Positions 37,934-44,757 of a DNA stretch of 44,757 bases are shown here, piece after piece. The number at the start of each line of letters is the position of its first letter. Within the stretch, counting starts at the first letter, position 1. The notes beneath the pieces were generated by a model, which saw nothing but the letters and a program-made list of their open reading frames with translations, searched no databases and had not been told where the DNA came from. The translations under genes and the position numbers were made by a program. Source of the DNA: Candidatus Krumholzibacteriia bacterium (GTDB lineage: Bacteria > Krumholzibacteriota > Krumholzibacteriia > WVZY01); contig JBHHVD010000012.1 of assembly GCA_046754105.1 (NCBI GenBank), positions 1-44,757 of the forward strand, read 5' to 3'.

Positions 37934-40900
37934 TCACCTGGAAGCGGCTTTGAGCTGTGAGACTCGCTCCTTGGCGGCCAGCACCAGCTCCGGGTCCTCC
38001 GCGTGACGGATCAGATCCTTGTACGCGGCCAGCGCCTGCTTGAACTTGCCGTCCTTTTCGTAGAGGGCCGCGGCTCGCGCCAGCGAAGAGAGGCGAAATG
38101 CATCCGACCGCTTGCGGGAGGAGATGGCCTCGCGGTAGGCGTGGATCGCGCGCTCGTCGTTGCCGAGGTGCTCGCGGCACATACCCAGCCGGTAGTTGAG
38201 CTCGACAGAAAGCTCGGTTCCGGGCTTCGAACGGAGGGCGCGCTTGTATTCCTCGGCGGCCTCGAAATACTCTCCGGACTTGTCCAGGATATCGCCCAGC
38301 TGGTAGGCTACCTGCGCGGCGCGTTCGTCCTCGGGGTAGCTCTTGCGGTAGCGTTGGAACAGGCCCGTGGCTTCCGTGGTCTCGCCCATCATGCGCCGTG
38401 ACATGGCGAGATTGAAGAGCGCCGCTGCGGCGACGTCGGTCGCCGTCGAGTCTTCCAGCACGGTCATGAAGTCGACCGCAGCCTGCATGTAGTTGCCCTC
38501 GTCGAAGCGGGTCGATCCCAGGCGAAAGCGCACCGTGGTGCGCAGCTCGCTGTCGGGGAAGAACATGAGAAACTGCTCGTAGGCCAGCCGCGCATCGGTC
38601 GCCTGCCCGGCCCGGCCGTATGCGTCGGCCATGAGAAAATGGGCACGATCGCCCGCGGAGTAGCTGGGGAACTGGCTGATCACGCGGCGGAACGCTTCGG
38701 CGGCCTCGAGAAACTGCCCCCCCTCGAAGCGACGCATGGCGATTTCGAACTGCGCGTCGGCGGCAAAGGCGCTGGTGGGATACCGCTCCACGAGTTCGGC
38801 GAGTACCTCGCCGCTGTCCGCGCCCTGGCCCAGCCGGTAGAGCGCGCGCTCGATGCCGCGCCCGGCCTCTTTGGCGATGCCGGTGCCGGGGTAGAGATCC
38901 GCCACCGCGGAAAACCCGTCCAGGGCCTCGCGGTCACGGCCCGCGTTGTAGTCGCACTGGGCCATGCGCAACATGCCGAGGGCCGCGCCGCGGCTGTTGG
39001 CAAAGTTATCGAGCAGGCCCTGATAACAGCGCTTCGCTTCTTCATAGTGTTCGGTTTGAAAGTACAGATCGCCGGCACGCACCCAGGCGCGTTCGGCAAT
39101 TTCCGCCGCCGGATCGATACCCACTAGCTTCTCCCAGCGATCGACGGCATCCCCGGCGTGATCGAGACGGGAATGACAAAGCCCCGCCTGGTAGAGCGCC
39201 AGGAGCCGCTGCGGGTGCTCGGGAAAACGGGAGAGAAAATCGTCGTAGGTCACCGCCGCTTCGCGGTAACGCTTGCGGTTGAAAAGAATGTGCCCCTTGT
39301 TGAGATAGGCGGAACTCAGGTGCCGCCGGTTGCCCGATTGCGCGTAGCGTGCCAGCATGCGCTCTTCGGTGGCGATGGCCAGGTCGTCCTTGCCCTGGCG
39401 CGCGTAGGTCCAGGCGAGGAGGCGGTTGGCGCCGATACCCACCTCGTGTGTGGGAAACTCCTGGATCAGCGTGGCCAGAACACCCTGGGCGTCTTCGTAG
39501 CGCGCCTGGGCGGCCAGCGCATCGGCGTCGATAAGAAGCGCCCACGCCCGCCACGGCGACTCGCTCGGTGGCAGCTTCTGCAGCATCTGGTGCGGCACGC
39601 CGGTCAGCTGTCCCATGTTGCCCGCGCGGTGGTACGAGAGTTCCAGGAGACAAAGCGACGCTTCGACCAGTTCCTGGTGGTCGGGCGATTCGAAAACGAT
39701 CGAGCCTTCGGTATCGCGTGCGTAACGGTCGAGGACCAGCTGAAAGTACGGTACCGCATACTGCGGGCGGTTTCTTTCGAGCAGACCCACGCCGGCCAGG
39801 TACGCCGCGGCGGGTGCCTGCGGTGCCTGCGGGTAGCCGGAGACGACCAGCTTGTATGCGGTGGTTGCCTCGTTGTAGCGTTCGAGTGCGTCGAGGCAGC
39901 GCCCCACCCGGTACTGGGCGCTGGCGGCGAGCTCGTGTTGGAAATATCGAGTGAGTACGCGATTGAATTCCAGAATGGCTTCTTCGTAGAGCGACTGGCC
40001 GAAAAGCACCTCGCCGAGCAAGAGCTGGGCACGCGCGGCGATTTCGGAACCGGCGTGCCGGGAAGCGACCTGCCGCAAGGATTCTGTGCCCGCCTTCGCG
40101 TTTCCGTCCAGAAACACGCACGCCGCGCGCCGCAACTCGGCTTCCGCGCGGACCTCAGGACGTGCCGCCCGCTCCGCGACACGAGCGAATTCCTCCGCCG
40201 CGCTGCGGTAGGCACTGCTGGTGAGAAAAATGTTTGCCTTGGCCAGCATGGCATGGTCGCGCAGCCGCGAGCCGGGGTAGCGGTCCACGACTTCCTGGTA
40301 CTGTGCCGCGGCCTTTAGCATGTCGTCCCTCGCCTCGTAGGCCAGAGCGCGTAAGTAAATGGCGGCGACCCCGGTTGCCTCTTTTCCGAGCAACGCGAGC
40401 GTCTCATCGGCATGGCCGCGCAGGTAAGCGATCGTGGCCCCGGTCAGCACCGTGCGTGGCTGTCTCATCATGTACGGGAAGCCGCTCTCGAGGCGTTCGA
40501 ACGAACGCGACGCCTGACGAAGCGAGTCGCGGCGAAGCGCATTCCAGGTGACGGCGAGCAGCATTTCCGGGAGGAGCGGGCTCTCAGCGTACTGTTTCCG
40601 CCATTTCTTCCATGCCTTGAAGGCGTCGCGGTCACGGCCCTGCGCTTCGAGTGCCAGGATCTCGGCAAAGGCGGCGTCATCGGCGAACGGCCCTTTCTTG
40701 CCTTGACCGGCGGCCTTTCGAAACTGCCTGGCCGCTTCGCGGTAGTCGCCGGAAGCGTAGCGGATCTCGCCGGAAAGAAACAGGGCGGCGCTCTTCTTGT
40801 GCTTGGGCACGTCGCGAACGGCCTGGTCGAAAGACAAGACCACGTTTCCCAACGCGGACGGCCGGTCCACCGCCGGCCTCAGGCGGGCCCACTCGAACTC

Positions 40901-41044
40901 CATGCCGACGGCGTTTAGCGCCTCCGTCTGCGCGGGCGAGGATTTGTCTCCTCCCCGGGCGGGGCGTGACACGGACAGCACACAGAGTGCCGCGCTGAGC
41001 GCGGCGGCGATGCGTACGCACCGCAACGTTTTTGCCCGACCCAT
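37934..41044 (-). CDS. large exported tetratricopeptide-repeat protein (BamD/CpoB-like repeats, ~1036 aa)
   Basis: Signal-like N-terminus; many TPRs ending in (Y/F)P motifs; GGAG SD 6 nt before ATG 41044. Confidence 0.9.
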   Translation of the reverse strand: MGRAKTLRCVRIAAALSAALCVLSVSRPARGGDKSSPAQTEALNAVGMEFEWARLRPAVDRPSALGNVVLSFDQAVRDVPKHKKSAALFLSGEIRYASGDYREAARQFRKAAGQGKKGPFADDAAFAEILALEAQGRDRDAFKAWKKWRKQYAESPLLPEMLLAVTWNALRRDSLRQASRSFERLESGFPYMMRQPRTVLTGATIAYLRGHADETLALLGKEATGVAAIYLRALAYEARDDMLKAAAQYQEVVDRYPGSRLRDHAMLAKANIFLTSSAYRSAAEEFARVAERAARPEVRAEAELRRAACVFLDGNAKAGTESLRQVASRHAGSEIAARAQLLLGEVLFGQSLYEEAILEFNRVLTRYFQHELAASAQYRVGRCLDALERYNEATTAYKLVVSGYPQAPQAPAAAYLAGVGLLERNRPQYAVPYFQLVLDRYARDTEGSIVFESPDHQELVEASLCLLELSYHRAGNMGQLTGVPHQMLQKLPPSESPWRAWALLIDADALAAQARYEDAQGVLATLIQEFPTHEVGIGANRLLAWTYARQGKDDLAIATEERMLARYAQSGNRRHLSSAYLNKGHILFNRKRYREAAVTYDDFLSRFPEHPQRLLALYQAGLCHSRLDHAGDAVDRWEKLVGIDPAAEIAERAWVRAGDLYFQTEHYEEAKRCYQGLLDNFANSRGAALGMLRMAQCDYNAGRDREALDGFSAVADLYPGTGIAKEAGRGIERALYRLGQGADSGEVLAELVERYPTSAFAADAQFEIAMRRFEGGQFLEAAEAFRRVISQFPSYSAGDRAHFLMADAYGRAGQATDARLAYEQFLMFFPDSELRTTVRFRLGSTRFDEGNYMQAAVDFMTVLEDSTATDVAAAALFNLAMSRRMMGETTEATGLFQRYRKSYPEDERAAQVAYQLGDILDKSGEYFEAAEEYKRALRSKPGTELSVELNYRLGMCREHLGNDERAIHAYREAISSRKRSDAFRLSSLARAAALYEKDGKFKQALAAYKDLIRHAEDPELVLAAKERVSQLKAASR

Positions 41045-41053
41045 TTGCAACTC

Positions 41054-42322
41054 CTAATCCGTAAAGACGGGAACGGAACCTTGCGGTCCACCGGTGGTGA
41101 TTTCGACCGTACCCTGGTGGCCGGTGAACTCGCGGCCCTCCACGTCGACAACCACCAGCTGGTACCGGTACGTTCCGTCGGCCAGCGGAAGTCCGGTTTC
41201 ATCTTTTCCGTCCCACATGACATGCGGCGGCGGAACGCCCTTGCCGCCGAAACGGCGTACCACCTGGCTGGATTTATCGGTGATCTCGAGGCTCCACGAG
41301 CTGGCCTGCGACCGCGTCCGGGCCCGCAATTGAAACCGCGTGACCGACTGCTGGCCGATGGGCGAGAAGACGGACGGCACGGCCCGCGAGCTGGCGAAGA
41401 AACCGCCGAAGCGGTAGGTAATGCCGAAGCGGTGCGTCACGCCGAGCCCCTGGTCGGCGGCGGCGTAGTCGAGAAAGAGATCCGGCGACACTCGATACGT
41501 AAAGCCGCCCGTCGGCGACGTGTCGGCGTACCCGACGCGCAGCGTCATGGTGCGGTGGATGAGAAACTCGCTGCCGCCGTGAAATGTCGCGCCGGGCCCC
41601 GAACGGTGATCGAACTCGATCGACGCCAGGCCCCTGCCGTTCATGAACTGCAGCGCGAGACCACCCCGCACTTCCATCGGAAACGTTTCTTCGGTGGCAC
41701 GAAGCGTCACGCTCGGCCCACCGAGATTGAGCAGGGACACGCCCAGCCGCAGCGTCGGCGTCAAGCTGTAGAGCGCGCCGAGGTCGAAGCCGGCACCGGT
41801 GCCGTTGAACGTCTCCACCGTCTGGCGCACCACCTTCACGTTGGCGCCGAGGGAGAGTCTCGGTGAGAGACTCCTGGAGGCGGAAAACAGGAACGCCATG
41901 TCACCCTCGGCAAACTCACCGAGCGGCTGGTTGAACTCGTTCGTGCGCTCGAAGCCGCCGGAGCGCAGGTTGAGGATCGTCAGGCCGAAGCTGGCGAGCC
42001 GCTGGGAGGGGATTGCGAGACTCAGACCGTGCAGCGACGTGGATTCGAACAGGGTCGCCGTTTCAAAATGAACCGTGTTCTGCGCGACGAGTGAGAGACC
42101 GGCCGGGTTCCACACGGCCGCCGTCGGATCGTCGGCTGCGGCCACGAAGGCGCCGCCCAGACCTGCGGTGCGTGCGCCCATGTAACGCGAGAGCCAGTCT
42201 CCGGGCACGCCGCCGGTCGCGTCTTGCGCGCGGGCGGCACCAGGGCCGCAGACGACCCATCCGGCCACGAGGGTCAAACCCAGGGCGAATCCGCGAAGTC
42301 TGTGACGAATGATGTTGGACAT
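41054..42322 (-). CDS. PorV/PorQ-like (FadL-fold) outer-membrane barrel with C-terminal FlgD-like Ig domain
   Basis: Signal peptide; GARTAGLGGAFVAAADDPTAAVWNPAGL; barrel ends THRFGITYRF; extra domain with WDGKDETG...DGTYRY. Confidence 0.82.
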   Translation of the reverse strand: MSNIIRHRLRGFALGLTLVAGWVVCGPGAARAQDATGGVPGDWLSRYMGARTAGLGGAFVAAADDPTAAVWNPAGLSLVAQNTVHFETATLFESTSLHGLSLAIPSQRLASFGLTILNLRSGGFERTNEFNQPLGEFAEGDMAFLFSASRSLSPRLSLGANVKVVRQTVETFNGTGAGFDLGALYSLTPTLRLGVSLLNLGGPSVTLRATEETFPMEVRGGLALQFMNGRGLASIEFDHRSGPGATFHGGSEFLIHRTMTLRVGYADTSPTGGFTYRVSPDLFLDYAAADQGLGVTHRFGITYRFGGFFASSRAVPSVFSPIGQQSVTRFQLRARTRSQASSWSLEITDKSSQVVRRFGGKGVPPPHVMWDGKDETGLPLADGTYRYQLVVVDVEGREFTGHQGTVEITTGGPQGSVPVFTD

Positions 42323-42334
42323 GGATCCTCCCGG

Positions 42335-44757
42335 TTAGCGAACCACCGCGATCTTGCGGCGCATGGAGTGAATCGTCTCGCCGTTGCCCCTGGCCTCCAG
42401 GACGGCGATGTACCCGCCGCTGGCCACGAAGTCACCGCTGCCGTTGCGACCGTCCCACGCTACCTCGTTCAACCCGGCGAGGCCGCCCAACGCGCCGGCG
42501 TCGAAGCGCTCCTGAAAGACCAGGCCCCCGCTCAACGTGTAAATGCTCAGCGTGACCACCGCGTCGATGGACAACTTGTACGCGATCGTCGTCGGGGCGT
42601 CACCCGGATGAAACGGGTTTGGATAGTTGGTTACCGAGCCCGGGGGCTGGTTCGGGTTGACGAAGGCCGTTTCGATGTCGAGTTCGGCCGTGATCGCTCC
42701 GGACGTTGCCCGAACCCGGTCGGTTTCCGGTACCAGCGGGCTCAAGAAGGTTGCCCGCGCCACGCCGTCCACCGAGGTTTCGGTATCGCGCGCCGTCAGC
42801 TTGCCGGTGCCGCTCACCAACTGAAACTGGATCGGTTGCGTGGGGATCCCGTTATCGAAACCGTCTACGACACGGGCGGTAACCGTCGCCTGCGAGTTGC
42901 CCGTGATCCAGGCGGGATCCGCGGAGAGCGCGATACGGTCCGGCGCTCCGGGGCCGACCGTAACCACAGACGTGATCGCCGGCGCGTTTCCCGCGTCGTC
43001 GCTCACGACCAGCACGATCGGCTCGGCGAAGGTATACGTTTCCGCGATCGTGCGCCGGCCCTGCAAGAGCTGGAACTGCGCGTTGAGCAGCGTGCCCTGT
43101 CCGGGAGCCTGCGTGGAAGCGTTTTGAACCGAGACGCGAATAAAAGAGTTGATTTCCTGGATAACCGCCCCGGCGTCGTTCGTCACCTGCACGGAGAGAC
43201 TAAAGGGCTCGCCGGCCACGACCGAGGCCGGAGAGACCGTCGCCTCCAGGTGGAACCCGCTGGAGATGGCCTTGACCTGTGCAGTGCTAACGGGCATCGA
43301 CGGCTGGGTGACGTTCGTGGCGGTCAAGAGCTGGAAACCGCCGGTGGCCAGGCGCACGCTCAGGTCGGCTCGTCCATCGATCATCGGTGTGTCCGGAGGC
43401 ATCTGGGCCAGCGGGTCGGTGGACGTCAGCCGGACGGCGTCGGTGACACCGGTCATCGGGTTGAACCACCGGTCGACGGCGTAGACGGTTACGGTGAACG
43501 CGAAGTTGACCGACTGGTCGGTGGCCGTTCCCACGCGGCCGTCGGGCAGACCGGGGGCCACCGCCTGGCCCGGGGCCAACAGTAGAATCTGCGAATACGT
43601 ACCCGGCAGGATGAACACCGGGCTCGATGTGTAGGGGGAGATGCCGATCGAATCGGCGTCGGTCGCCGTGATGGTCTGGCTGCCGCCCTTGTGCAGCGTC
43701 GCGGAGACGACCACTTCACCGCTCGTGAGAACGGTATCGGACGGCATGAGGGCGAATTCGTCGCTCGAGCTCAACGCGACCCTGTGGCCGGTGCCCGAGA
43801 CCCGGTTCCAGAACCGGTCCACCGCGCGGACGGTGACGTTGAACGGCGTTCCCGCGTTCTGGTCCACCGGCAGTCCGATAAAGCCCGGCGCGGTTCCGCC
43901 CCTCGCCGTTTGCCCGGGGAGAAGTACTTGCAGCGCCGCATAGGGGCCGGCGAGGACCTGGAAGCTGTTGCTCACTCCGATGTGAGGCGGCGCCGAGAAG
44001 TCGGCGCACGTGACCCGGACCGAGGCGCCCGCCCCGCGAAAGATCACGTAGCCGGTCCACACGCCCGCCGTAAACAGGATTCCCTGCGGCGAGATACTAC
44101 CCGGACCGGTGTTCGCGGTCAGGATCCCGTTGCCGTTGAAGCCGGTGACGGTGTTGCCGGCGGCGTCGGCCGCGCGAACCGTTACGAGAATCGAATCCCC
44201 GGCCACGATCGGGCCCGAGATCGGGCCGAATTCGAAATGCTGGGCACCGCTGGACACCACGGGGATCGGATCGCTCGTCATCGGGAAGATCCTGGGGTCA
44301 CTCACGTCGACTACGGTCACGGTCTGCATGCCGACCGTCCCCAGCGACAGCGTGAACTGCCAGAACCCGGCGGCCAGGCGCGCGGATGCGGGCGTGCTGG
44401 CCAGCGGATCGCTCGACGTGATCCGGACCTGGTCTTTCACGTCACCATCGTCATGTTCGTCGTGGTGCCTGCGGACGACGGGGTTCCACCAATCATCGGT
44501 GGCATAGACGTCGACAATGAAGTTTTGCCCGGCAACCTGCGAGGCGGGTGCGCCGTCGAGGCCGCGTATGCTGCCCGGCAGCCGGGTCTGCCCTGGCACT
44601 ACGATCTGAAGCCGCGTGAACGAGTTGGGTTTTACGACAAAGGAGTTGCTGATGCCCGTGGTACCCGGGTTGGACAGCAGGGTGGCGTCGATGGTGACGT
44701 TGCCGCGCTTGGCGTTGGTCTCATCGGCGCGAAAGAGAGTCACGTCACCCGACCACG
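42335..44757 (-). CDS. large Ig-repeat surface protein with C-terminal FlgD/T9SS-like sorting domain (5' end outside window)
   Basis: Frame is open to the window edge; repeats LxPGQ...Q...FxVxVxAxDxWxN...SxD; invasin-like Ig domain; ends NYPNPF...WDGRNGSG...SGGY...RKIAVVR. Confidence 0.85.
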   Translation of the reverse strand, partial: WSGDVTLFRADETNAKRGNVTIDATLLSNPGTTGISNSFVVKPNSFTRLQIVVPGQTRLPGSIRGLDGAPASQVAGQNFIVDVYATDDWWNPVVRRHHDEHDDGDVKDQVRITSSDPLASTPASARLAAGFWQFTLSLGTVGMQTVTVVDVSDPRIFPMTSDPIPVVSSGAQHFEFGPISGPIVAGDSILVTVRAADAAGNTVTGFNGNGILTANTGPGSISPQGILFTAGVWTGYVIFRGAGASVRVTCADFSAPPHIGVSNSFQVLAGPYAALQVLLPGQTARGGTAPGFIGLPVDQNAGTPFNVTVRAVDRFWNRVSGTGHRVALSSSDEFALMPSDTVLTSGEVVVSATLHKGGSQTITATDADSIGISPYTSSPVFILPGTYSQILLLAPGQAVAPGLPDGRVGTATDQSVNFAFTVTVYAVDRWFNPMTGVTDAVRLTSTDPLAQMPPDTPMIDGRADLSVRLATGGFQLLTATNVTQPSMPVSTAQVKAISSGFHLEATVSPASVVAGEPFSLSVQVTNDAGAVIQEINSFIRVSVQNASTQAPGQGTLLNAQFQLLQGRRTIAETYTFAEPIVLVVSDDAGNAPAITSVVTVGPGAPDRIALSADPAWITGNSQATVTARVVDGFDNGIPTQPIQFQLVSGTGKLTARDTETSVDGVARATFLSPLVPETDRVRATSGAITAELDIETAFVNPNQPPGSVTNYPNPFHPGDAPTTIAYKLSIDAVVTLSIYTLSGGLVFQERFDAGALGGLAGLNEVAWDGRNGSGDFVASGGYIAVLEARGNGETIHSMRRKIAVVR

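Overview
High-GC bacterial DNA. The many C-terminal FlgD-Ig/T9SS-type-A-like sorting domains plus a PorV-like barrel suggest a non-Bacteroidota FCB-type lineage such as Krumholzibacteriota, Latescibacterota or Eisenbacteria (inference only). From left to right: a DUF4160-like/HTH toxin-antitoxin pair with a clean promoter and operator; an FHA-GGDEF diguanylate cyclase; an ~18 kb minus-strand array of large secreted CTD-bearing proteins (two 7-bladed beta-propeller repeat proteins, a BNR-like propeller, a paralog pair with one frameshifted copy, and a gene remnant) linked by duplicated leaders, including a perfect 166-bp repeat and a candidate RNA motif; an Ig-repeat lipoprotein; a cysteine-synthase-family enzyme; a PsrA-like TetR divergent from a 1048-aa CTD protein whose ~375-nt leader has two competing long helices; an ABC-2 transporter with ECF-type promoters; a decayed ECF sigma/anti-sigma pair; and a sulfotransferase. 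The window ends in a tight operon: CTD/Ig-repeat protein, PorV-like barrel, TPR protein, ExbB, two ExbD, TonB, FlgD-Ig protein. This operon is the best candidate for an undescribed system: a Ton/Agl-type motor coupled to T9SS-like CTD-protein handling. I saw no rRNA, tRNA, CRISPR array, transposase, integrase or reverse transcriptase. Domain calls come from motif recognition by eye, not database searches.
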